30,740 nucleotides of DNA from a virus (IMGVR_UViG_3300034082_001032), one strand, 5' to 3'. Counted from the first letter of the stretch, positions 18,069-25,542 are shown. The notes: a model not told the origin generated them from the letters alone. Numbers and translations: made by a program.

Positions 18069-18452
18069 TTACTTACCCTTACGAGCTTTAGCAATTTTCT
18101 TGAATGTCTTAGCTAAGACTTTAGCTTTACCAGTGCATCCAGGTTTGGTGATAGGAGTGCATTTACCTTCTGTACCTCTACGTTTGATAGATGCAGTGGC
18201 TTTCTGAATCCATTTACCATCTTTAGCCTTAGTAGTTCTTTTTGAAGCTTCATTATATCCTCTTACTTCAGCCCCTGTTGGAGAAGGATACTGTTTAAGA
18301 TCTTCACCCTTGATCTTTTTATCAAAGCCTTTTCTGTAATCAGCACTATCTTTAGATGTAGGAGTTTTGAACAAATCCCAACCTTTACCTTTTATATTGC
18401 TATAATTAGGTTTTAGTTTATTACCACCTTGAGCCTTTTTAATTGTAGCCAT
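18069..18452 (-). CDS. Lys-rich basic protein
   Basis: 127 aa; KKAQGG, TPTSKDSADYRKG, KAKDGKWIQKA...LAKTFKK. Confidence 0.75.
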   Translation of the reverse strand: MATIKKAQGGNKLKPNYSNIKGKGWDLFKTPTSKDSADYRKGFDKKIKGEDLKQYPSPTGAEVRGYNEASKRTTKAKDGKWIQKATASIKRRGTEGKCTPITKPGCTGKAKVLAKTFKKIAKARKGK

Positions 18453-18454
18453 GA

Positions 18455-18658
18455 CTATTTCTTTTTTGCTTTACCACCAGACTTCATCATCTTTGTAGCA
18501 CCCAATTGTTTGTTCTTAGTAAGACTAACCTTAGTCTTTACATTGCGAGGAGGAAGATTCATTTCTTGCACCTCAGTAAAAGCTCCTTTAGGATCAATAG
18601 GTCCTACACGTTTGTTAGAAGCTTTTAAGCCAGCTTGTGCTTTCTTAACCTTTTTCAT
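18455..18658 (-). CDS. Lys-rich basic protein
   Basis: 67 aa; KKAQAG, MKSGGK. Confidence 0.7.
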   Translation of the reverse strand: MKKVKKAQAGLKASNKRVGPIDPKGAFTEVQEMNLPPRNVKTKVSLTKNKQLGATKMMKSGGKAKKK

Positions 18659-19014
18659 TATTTAGACTTTTTATATTTGTAATCAGGATTGTCCTTGTGC
18701 CATTTCTTTGTAGAAGCTACGCCCTGTTTAACAGTTTTGGCTCTACCCTTTTTAGTGAGATTGATTGTGTCCCATTGACCCTTGTCTTTTGTAGGATGGT
18801 TTACAATTATGTCTCCTTTGGTAGCTTTACTACTGTTTTTAGAAGCTTTGTAAACTACGTGCTTCTCACCACCTGCTGTAACTTTTACCTTTCCACCATC
18901 TTTAAGAGTGGACCCTTTAAATGGTCCCTTCTTTTTAATTAAGGGACCATTAGGGACAGGTGTTACGTTACGCATCCTTGGAGCAGATTCTAAAAGTTTC
19001 TTAATAGTAGGCAT
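18658..19014 (-). CDS. Lys-rich basic protein
   Basis: 118 aa; LKDGGK; TAATG-coupled. Confidence 0.7.
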   Translation of the reverse strand: MPTIKKLLESAPRMRNVTPVPNGPLIKKKGPFKGSTLKDGGKVKVTAGGEKHVVYKASKNSSKATKGDIIVNHPTKDKGQWDTINLTKKGRAKTVKQGVASTKKWHKDNPDYKYKKSK

Positions 19015-19094
19015 TATTTATTGCTTTCTTCTAGACATTTAGGACATAGTCCATCATTGTCAAGAGGTATTATATGAATGCCACAAAGGTTCAC
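19014..19094 (-). CDS. 26-aa CxxH/CxxC microprotein; not in the ORF track
   Basis: GTG start 2 nt after the upstream TAG; MNLCGIHIIPLDNDGLCPKCLEESNK; TAATG overlap with the downstream gene. Confidence 0.55.
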   Translation of the reverse strand: MNLCGIHIIPLDNDGLCPKCLEESNK

Positions 19095-19096
19095 TT

Positions 19097-19372
19097 CTAC
19101 AAAGATGAAGAACTTTCTTCTGGAGCTTCTTTCACTACACCATTTTCTACAGCTCTAGCAAGAGCGTTCTCAACAATATCGTTAGCTTTAGAAGCCAACA
19201 GAATTCTTTGTGACTCAGGAGTGTTGATTATTGCACGGATTGCGTTAAGCAATACACCAAATTCACCACCTGATACAATAAATAGATCATCTTGACCCCA
19301 GATGTATTTCTTGTTAGGATCGAATGTTACAGTTTGCTCACTTGCTGGTTGTTGATCGATAGCTTGTTCCAT
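19097..19372 (-). CDS. Hypothetical acidic protein
   Basis: 91-aa ORF packed in the operon. Confidence 0.65.
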   Translation of the reverse strand: MEQAIDQQPASEQTVTFDPNKKYIWGQDDLFIVSGGEFGVLLNAIRAIINTPESQRILLASKANDIVENALARAVENGVVKEAPEESSSSL

Positions 19373-19395
19373 ATATTAAATTTTTGATTTACTTA

Positions 19396-19427
19396 CAAAG
19401 ATGGGAAAACTTTTTCAATTTTCCAAA
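19396..19427 (-). promoter_or_regulatory. Possible near-consensus promoter
   Basis: On the - strand TTTG, 20-nt spacer, CATCTTTG (one mismatch to TAnnTTTG), upstream of the ATG at 19372. Confidence 0.35.
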
Positions 19428-19702
19428 TGTATTTTAAAGTTTATTGTTGCAGAGCTCTTGATACTCTTGGAGAGGTTGAGCTTGATGTTCAACATGTTAT
19501 GTAGTTTTAATATTTCTTCAAGAAGCATACTGTTGTACATTGGTAGTGACGGAGCTAATCTAAAATGATAGCTATCTGGATGCTTTGTCACCTCTAAAGT
19601 AGAGAGCTCATCCACAGAATCAATGATGCCTTGTAGATGAGCAAAATACGCCAGTTCATTCTCCTTCATTACATTAGGAAAGAACTTCTTGTTTATCTGC
19701 AT
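19415..19702 (-). CDS. Hypothetical protein
   Basis: 95 aa, TAATG-coupled to the ferritin-like gene. Confidence 0.65.
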   Translation of the reverse strand: MQINKKFFPNVMKENELAYFAHLQGIIDSVDELSTLEVTKHPDSYHFRLAPSLPMYNSMLLEEILKLHNMLNIKLNLSKSIKSSATINFKIHLEN

Positions 19703-20109
19703 TATGACAGTGTTAACAAATATTTTGTTTTAGCCGCCTCTCCAGAGAGAGCATCAGCTAGATTTGAAATATCATGATAACCATTGCTTTCACCATAGCT
19801 TTTTAGGCTAGAAGAAAAACTCATGAGTTCACTTACGACATTAGAAGCACCTGCTCCATCAGATAGAGGTTCTATCTTGAATGCCTTAGGACGCTTGCCT
19901 GTGTAACCCATGAGTTTCTCTACTACACCATCTTTAAAATCATGCACATAATCATACAATCCACCAAGAGCTTGATGTTCTGCATAACTAGTTGTCTGCC
20001 AGTGCAATAGATGTAGTTGCTCATGAAAATAAGTAAGCTTTGCAGCCACACTATCCACAGACATTTCTGATCCAACAAGCATTTCTGAAGGAAATATTGA
20101 TTTTGCCAT
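19702..20109 (-). CDS. Ferritin/Dps-like four-helix protein
   Basis: QLHLLHWQTTSYAEHQALGGLYD...DGVVEKLMG, a Dps-like HW...H...D...E pattern. Confidence 0.7.
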   Translation of the reverse strand: MAKSIFPSEMLVGSEMSVDSVAAKLTYFHEQLHLLHWQTTSYAEHQALGGLYDYVHDFKDGVVEKLMGYTGKRPKAFKIEPLSDGAGASNVVSELMSFSSSLKSYGESNGYHDISNLADALSGEAAKTKYLLTLS

Positions 20110-20119
20110 TGTTTAGTTT

Positions 20120-20326
20120 TTAACGAACTGTAGTGGTAGTAGTGGTAGTGGTGGGAGTTGCAGTGGTTGTAGTGGTTGTAGTTGTTGGATTACAACACTC
20201 GTTTGCATCAATCTCTTGCCAATTACCCACCTTAGGTTTGAACCTCTGAAGAATCAAGCTACCAGCGATAACACGTCCTGTACCATCGTAACGAACGTAT
20301 GCTTTTAATTTATTATTAGTTGCCAT
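20120..20326 (-). CDS. Small protein with a poly-Thr C-terminal tail
   Basis: LKAYVRYDGTGRV...ECCNP followed by a Thr-rich tail. Confidence 0.75.
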   Translation of the reverse strand: MATNNKLKAYVRYDGTGRVIAGSLILQRFKPKVGNWQEIDANECCNPTTTTTTTTATPTTTTTTTTVR

Positions 20327-20337
20327 GTTATATTAAT

Positions 20338-20571
20338 TTAGAGAGGAGGAGCAGTGGTTGTGGTGGTTGTTGTGCTACTGGTACTAGTAGTTGTGCTAGT
20401 GCTGCTGGTACTAGTAGTGGTAGTAGGATTGCAACATTCATAAGCTGGAATCTCCACCCACTTACCCACCTTGGGTATCTTTCTTCTAAGGATTAGGCTG
20501 CTGGGAACGATTCTCCCAGTACCATCAAAGCGTACGTATGCTTTGAGAGGGCGTCTGTCAATTGTGGCCAT
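20338..20571 (-). CDS. Small protein with a Thr/Ser-rich C-terminal tail (paralog of 20120-20326)
   Basis: LKAYVRFDGTGRI...ECCNP followed by a T/S tail. Confidence 0.75.
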   Translation of the reverse strand: MATIDRRPLKAYVRFDGTGRIVPSSLILRRKIPKVGKWVEIPAYECCNPTTTTSTSSTSTTTSTSSTTTTTTTAPPL

Positions 20572-20573
20572 AA

Positions 20574-21593
20574 TTAATAATTTAAATTGTATTTATTTTT
20601 AATATCAATAAGTTGTGAAACGTAATGATGATTGCAAAGTGTTTTACTTTTCTCATCATTATACACTTTATATAAGTGTGGATCTTCAAAAGGACTACTT
20701 CCTGTATGATAGTTACCTTTATAGAACGTAGGAATATCACCTTGTGTATTACCTACTATCCCTGCATTATGAAGAATCCCCATTCTATCTAGTTTAGATA
20801 TGTTGTCTGAGCTCCAAGCAAATTCCATTTCAGGAACCACCTTTGTCTCTTGATCTCTTAACCAGAGATTCCAGAGAACAGCCCACATATCAGCACACCA
20901 TGATTGAAATCCTTTTGCCTCACTTTCAAAAAACTGTTTGTTTATATTACTGAGATAGGTTCTAATCAACAAACAATCTGTCATCACCTTATCCCAGAAA
21001 CTCCCACCTATATTCTTTATGAGGTATTGTGCTCCTCCAGAATGTAGATTGTTTTTCTCACAGATCTCTCTAGTGATACCAATCAAACTTGTGATTTCTG
21101 AAAGGATGTCTATTTTCTTATACTCTTCAAGCATTTCAGGCTTGACATCTTTTATCTTACTATCAAAATATGAGGCGTTTATGTAGCTGTTTGTATCTGA
21201 CAAATAACATACATCATCATGTATATATTGCTCAATATCAAATCGTTCTGTAAAAACTATGTCTGAATCACAATAGAACACAGCTTTGTTAACCATGTCT
21301 GGATGCTCGTTGAAATATTTCATCAAGACATAGGGACGAATAATGGGAATATATATTCCCAACAGCTTACTGGCGTTATCTACATCCTTATAGAAAACAA
21401 ATTCAGACTCTGGATAGAGTGCCATAACTTGTTCCCATTTAGGATTTCTCTCTCTGAAGTTTGGAATAAAGATGAGAACAGTTGCTTTGTCTGAGTGTCC
21501 TATCTTTCTTAAACTCTCTAACCAGAGATGCACTTGCCATGTATAATATGTATCATCAGGCTGACAAGTTATAAACTTTAATTCTTTTCTCAT
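20574..21593 (-). CDS. GT-A glycosyltransferase resembling GT95/GT96 protein O-glycosyltransferases
   Basis: YYTWQ...LESL, RPYVLMKYF, YCDSD (DxD), GGAQYL, WCADMWA and LHNAG. The motif order resembles plant HPAT/SGT1 as recalled, not as aligned. Confidence 0.55.
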   Translation of the reverse strand: MRKELKFITCQPDDTYYTWQVHLWLESLRKIGHSDKATVLIFIPNFRERNPKWEQVMALYPESEFVFYKDVDNASKLLGIYIPIIRPYVLMKYFNEHPDMVNKAVFYCDSDIVFTERFDIEQYIHDDVCYLSDTNSYINASYFDSKIKDVKPEMLEEYKKIDILSEITSLIGITREICEKNNLHSGGAQYLIKNIGGSFWDKVMTDCLLIRTYLSNINKQFFESEAKGFQSWCADMWAVLWNLWLRDQETKVVPEMEFAWSSDNISKLDRMGILHNAGIVGNTQGDIPTFYKGNYHTGSSPFEDPHLYKVYNDEKSKTLCNHHYVSQLIDIKNKYNLNY

Positions 21594-22195
21594 TATATAG
21601 TTACTATTGGTTTACGCCTTTCATCTCTTCTCAGAATATCAGTTACATTGAACTTCCAACTTTTTCCAGCTATAATTGCTCTAACTATATAAATACTAAT
21701 ATTCATTATCTCAGCAACTTCTTTTGTAGATTTCCCTGAGTTATACAGTTCCTTTAGAGCAGTAACTTTCTCGTCTGTAAGAGTTGCTCTACCGTTACCT
21801 TCACCAGATCTATTAGGTTGTAGTCCTAATTTATAGGCATGTAGTTGATTTTCTGATTGAGTTACCCATTGAAGATTAGTCACTCTATTATCAGTTTTTA
21901 TACCATTGACGTGATTAATTTGAGTACAATGTTCAGGTTTTGTTAGAAAGGCACTAGCTACAAGTTTGTGAACTAATCTCGTATGAGATCCATTTTTACG
22001 AAGTCTAACCTCAGGATACCCTTTTTTATTAAGAACCTGTTTTAACTCTTTTCCTCTAATTAAACGAAGTCCATGTTTACTGTTTCTAAGTCTATCTACT
22101 CCTCTAACTCTACCAAAACTACTCACCTGATATCCATCAAATTCAGGAACCTCTCTCCATTCTTCAGAAGTACAGATGAACTTAAGATCCTTCAT
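21593..22195 (-). CDS. NUMOD4-HNH homing endonuclease with a C-terminal HTH
   Basis: EEWREVP...YQVSSFGRVR; VHKLVASAFL; INHVNGIKTDNRVTNLQWVT..EN..HA. Confidence 0.9.
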   Translation of the reverse strand: MKDLKFICTSEEWREVPEFDGYQVSSFGRVRGVDRLRNSKHGLRLIRGKELKQVLNKKGYPEVRLRKNGSHTRLVHKLVASAFLTKPEHCTQINHVNGIKTDNRVTNLQWVTQSENQLHAYKLGLQPNRSGEGNGRATLTDEKVTALKELYNSGKSTKEVAEIMNISIYIVRAIIAGKSWKFNVTDILRRDERRKPIVTI

Positions 22196-22227
22196 ATATG
22201 TAGTTTGTTGGTTTCTAACTAATTCTC

Positions 22228-22365
22228 TTATGGAGCAGCTGTAGTGGTAGTGGTTGTGGTAGTCAATGATGCAGTCACCTTAATCAACTGATCCAATTGC
22301 TTGGAAATCTGCCAAAGAAGGTTTGACTCTGTACTCCAACCTATTTGTCTACTTGGTATTGCCAT
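22228..22365 (-). CDS. 45-aa protein with a poly-Thr tail; not in the ORF track
   Basis: Read by hand: MAIPSRQIGWSTESNLLWQISKQLDQLIKVTASLTTTTTTTTAAP; the N-terminus is near-identical to that of 22377-23720. Confidence 0.8.
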   Translation of the reverse strand: MAIPSRQIGWSTESNLLWQISKQLDQLIKVTASLTTTTTTTTAAP

Positions 22366-22376
22366 TTTAAATTAAT

Positions 22377-23720
22377 TTAATATATTTCTCTCCACTGAAC
22401 AGAAGCGCCTGCTGTTGTAGATGTAGTACCAATATTAGTCACTGCAATTATATAAATTTCTGAATCTGTAGAGTCGTAGTTTTGTGAAATGTAATTCTGT
22501 CTTGCGTCTGATGCATTTGCATCAGCATTCACAGCTCCTCTATTCCCAACAGCAGCAGAAACATATCCTGAAGCAAATGTAAGACCATCTGTATATGCTG
22601 TAGCATTTACGCTATACTCCACCCCAGACCTTGCATCTACAGGAGCCCAAGTTTCTCCAGTTAAATAGGATGAATCTGGAAGCTTTATCACTTTGTACAC
22701 AAGAGGTTCCTTTACAGAATAAAGACTAAATTCCTGTAAACGAACAAAAAGTCTATTTGGATAGCTTTGAAATGTATTGGTTAACCTAATTGCTATTAAT
22801 GGAAGTGTATCTCCTGCAGCAACTGTTCTTAATGTTGAATTTAATGTTGACCAGTCTTGACCAGCATCAGCATCACCACCCTCACTTATTACTGATGAGC
22901 ATATTTGGTTCATTGAACCGCCTGTTGTAGTTCCTGTATTAAATATCTCACATCTTAAAGGTAAGTTAGGACTAGACATATAAGGAACATCAATTGTGTT
23001 TGATGTTCTAAATTCATGGGCTATTATAAATTGTCCATTAACTAAAAATCCACACCTCACTCTACCAAGACCAAGCCATGTGAAATCTGTATAAAAGAAC
23101 TGTGTTTTAGTTATATCTAGATTATATCCTGAAGGTCCTGTACCGTCACATTTATCAGTGTTCCATGAAGACTGCGCAACCTTAGAAGCATCACTAGGTG
23201 TTCCACTAGTGTTTGTTCTTACACAAAAACTTAAAACACCAGCACCATTTTGTTCAAAGTAAATACCATTATCATCATCAAAATAACCTGTTCTTTTTGT
23301 AACATTAACAACAGCTGCTTTAAAACAAATAGTTGAAAATATCAATTGGCTCTTTCCAGGAATATAGTTATGATAGACTTTTGTCTGATGAATAGCACTA
23401 CTTGCAGGATTTGACGTTGTAGATAATAAAGCACTTGACTGATCTGGTTGAAACGTAACAGTTCCCCCATTTGCTAACTTGTCAAGAAAATTTATATTTA
23501 GTCCGTACACATGTTTATAGTCTCCAATAGTAAATGGTAAAGATGCTCTAAGTCTAGCAAAAGCATCTAACCCTGTACTGTCAGCATAGGTTATAGCACT
23601 ATCAACTGTAATATTGTTTAGTGTAGACGTTATACCAGAAAGCCTGTTAACTTCTTTTAACAGTTCCCAAAGAAGATTACTCTCTTGGCTCCAACCTATT
23701 TGTTTTGATAAAATAGCCAT
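22377..23720 (-). CDS. Putative virion structural protein (beta-rich, S/T/G/A-rich)
   Basis: 447 aa; DAFARLR..PFT, YIPGKSQLI, RTGYFDDDNGIYFEQ and WLGLGRVRCGF resemble recurrent phage structural proteins. Confidence 0.5.
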   Translation of the reverse strand: MAILSKQIGWSQESNLLWELLKEVNRLSGITSTLNNITVDSAITYADSTGLDAFARLRASLPFTIGDYKHVYGLNINFLDKLANGGTVTFQPDQSSALLSTTSNPASSAIHQTKVYHNYIPGKSQLIFSTICFKAAVVNVTKRTGYFDDDNGIYFEQNGAGVLSFCVRTNTSGTPSDASKVAQSSWNTDKCDGTGPSGYNLDITKTQFFYTDFTWLGLGRVRCGFLVNGQFIIAHEFRTSNTIDVPYMSSPNLPLRCEIFNTGTTTGGSMNQICSSVISEGGDADAGQDWSTLNSTLRTVAAGDTLPLIAIRLTNTFQSYPNRLFVRLQEFSLYSVKEPLVYKVIKLPDSSYLTGETWAPVDARSGVEYSVNATAYTDGLTFASGYVSAAVGNRGAVNADANASDARQNYISQNYDSTDSEIYIIAVTNIGTTSTTAGASVQWREIY

Positions 23721-23727
23721 AACTGCA

Positions 23728-23757
23728 CAAATTTATGTAATAAGTTTTGATTATCAA
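23728..23757 (-). promoter_or_regulatory. Bacteroidota-type promoter for the structural / poly-Thr block
   Basis: On the - strand TTG, 19-nt spacer, TAAATTTG; ATG follows 7 nt later. Confidence 0.7.
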
Positions 23758-23813
23758 TGACCTATGTTAAATTTGCTTAACTAAGTCAATTAAATCCACT
23801 CTAATCAAATTGA

Positions 23814-23942
23814 TTATTTACCTTGTCCTACATATTTCTTAACTGGTTTGTCTTTTGGACCTCTAGTTTTAGAAGCTTTTCCATTTTTACGTTTGCCAAA
23901 GTTGATTTTCTTGGCTTCTCCTGATGATTTTCCTTTTGCCAT
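23814..23942 (-). CDS. 42-aa Lys/Gly-rich basic protein; not in the ORF track
   Basis: Read by hand: MAKGKSSGEAKKINFGKRKNGKASKTRGPKDKPVKKYVGQGK. Confidence 0.7.
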   Translation of the reverse strand: MAKGKSSGEAKKINFGKRKNGKASKTRGPKDKPVKKYVGQGK

Positions 23943-23952
23943 CTTATTAAAT

Positions 23953-24552
23953 TTATGCTAGTGCTGCGTTGAATGTTTTAAACTTACTTATTCTGTCATC
24001 AAGACCGTGAGTACCACCATTCACTTTCTTAGTGATTGCTGTAACATCTGCCACTGTAGCTCCTTTATCAGCCAAAGCATTTAAACTTCTACTGTTCCAG
24101 AACCAGGCTGCTGATAACAATGGGTATTTGGTAGCCACCAACTCAGGAGCACTGAGGATGTTATCATCTACCACTTTATCAAATGCTGAATAATTATCTT
24201 TACCTGTCAGTTGAATATATCCTCTACCTCTGAACTTGAATCCATCTCCACTAGCTTCATCTCCATTACCCATCCTAGAAGCATACACTTTATTAGCTAT
24301 CTTCTCAGGCTTTCTTTCAGAAGCCTTAGCTGATGCATCGTCTTTAAAGTATTTCCCAAATATAGAACGCAGTCCTGCTGCACCATAATTAAGGTTTTCA
24401 CTAACAGCTTTGAAGTTGCCACTCTCATGAGCACATTGTGCCAAGAAGTGAGCCAGCCTAAGTGGTGTATTTATTTGAAACTTCTCAATTACAGCAGGGA
24501 TTTGATCTGCTACAGTGGCTGGAATGATTGTGTTGAGTTTTGTCAGATTCAT
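23953..24552 (-). CDS. GH19-family endolysin (chitinase-like lysozyme)
   Basis: AHFLAQCAHESG...ENLNY...DGFKFRGRGYIQLTG...AAWFW...KVNGG. Confidence 0.9.
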   Translation of the reverse strand: MNLTKLNTIIPATVADQIPAVIEKFQINTPLRLAHFLAQCAHESGNFKAVSENLNYGAAGLRSIFGKYFKDDASAKASERKPEKIANKVYASRMGNGDEASGDGFKFRGRGYIQLTGKDNYSAFDKVVDDNILSAPELVATKYPLLSAAWFWNSRSLNALADKGATVADVTAITKKVNGGTHGLDDRISKFKTFNAALA

Positions 24553-24555
24553 ATT

Positions 24556-25308
24556 TTATTTTTTTTGTTTACCATCGTCTTGAGTGGCATATTTGATACC
24601 CATAATTGTTCCCACTATTGAAAATGCGTTGGTCAATAGTACGCTAAACATATTTGACCAGGTTGACCCTATTATCTGTGTATCTCTGCCAGTAACCATA
24701 GCCATCCAATACATAATAGTTGTTACAACACCAACACCCATAATAACTACCAAAGCAACTACAACAATTGTCTTGATTAACTCGGATTGTGACTTCTTCA
24801 TCAGTATATCCAAGTCATTCAAAGCAGCGTTCTTCTCTATCTCAATTGCGTTTTTTAGTTGTTGTGACTTATCCAGCTCAAGTTGCAAGTCTTTAGAAAG
24901 AGCATCAATCTTGTTCTTATAATTGATTGTTTCTGTTATGTCAGTCGCAATCTTCATCACCTTTGTGATGACATTGTTTTCATCAAAGATAGGATTGTAG
25001 GTTGCTTGTAAAAATATAGGTGCACCATCCATCTTCTTCCTTTCAAATTCACCTTCAAAAAACTTGCCGCTTCTTAACGTTTCCCAAAACTTTTTATACT
25101 CATCAGATTTGGAATACTCATAACTTACAAAAATACTATGATGCTTTCCAATTAGTTGCTTATGGTCTTCCTCTTGATATCCCATTGCCAAGAGAAAGAT
25201 TGAGTTCATCCCCAAGATGTACCCTTCCAAGTCAAAGTAGATGATAGCATTGGAACGATTGATTGCTTCAAGCCTACTTAAGAGCTCTTCCTTTGAGAGA
25301 TTCTTCAT
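24556..25308 (-). CDS. PAS/PAC sensor domain, coiled coil and two C-terminal transmembrane helices
   Basis: AINRSNAIIYFDLEG...N..FL..MGY....LIGKHHSIF...FWETLRSG..FEGEF.R..DG..I.LQATYNPI.D......KVMKIATDIT, a BdlA/MCP-type PAS; two hydrophobic segments at the C-terminus. Confidence 0.85.
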   Translation of the reverse strand: MKNLSKEELLSRLEAINRSNAIIYFDLEGYILGMNSIFLLAMGYQEEDHKQLIGKHHSIFVSYEYSKSDEYKKFWETLRSGKFFEGEFERKKMDGAPIFLQATYNPIFDENNVITKVMKIATDITETINYKNKIDALSKDLQLELDKSQQLKNAIEIEKNAALNDLDILMKKSQSELIKTIVVVALVVIMGVGVVTTIMYWMAMVTGRDTQIIGSTWSNMFSVLLTNAFSIVGTIMGIKYATQDDGKQKK

Positions 25309-25541
25309 TCTTTTTCTTCAGGTTTTTTGAAGATTGTCTGGGCAGCTGAAATACCAAGAGCACCAATTGCTACAGCTGTAACACACTCAACAAGAATGGT
25401 TGAAGGCGCAATATGTTCTTCGCTGAAGCTATTCCAAAGTAGGGTGATGCATAGGAAAAGTGTTGATATTAAGCCAGCAAATCTCTTGCTGCTAAGTTTT
25501 CCATCTTCAGCCAATAGGCTCCAAATAAAGTTCTTTATCAT
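25305..25541 (-). CDS. Holin-like two-TM membrane protein
   Basis: 78 aa, SSKR followed by two hydrophobic helices and a charged C-terminus; located in the lysis cluster. Confidence 0.6.
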   Translation of the reverse strand: MIKNFIWSLLAEDGKLSSKRFAGLISTLFLCITLLWNSFSEEHIAPSTILVECVTAVAIGALGISAAQTIFKKPEEKE

Positions 25542-25542
25542 A

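Noticed and set aside
19074-19295. + strand 73-aa ORF
   Set aside because: It is antisense to the coupled - strand genes 19097-19372 and 19014-19094.
20120-22265. GTA/GTG-like repeats as a CRISPR array or phase-variable microsatellite
   Set aside because: There is no repeat-spacer structure, and synonymous Thr codons are mixed, so these are low-complexity coding tails.
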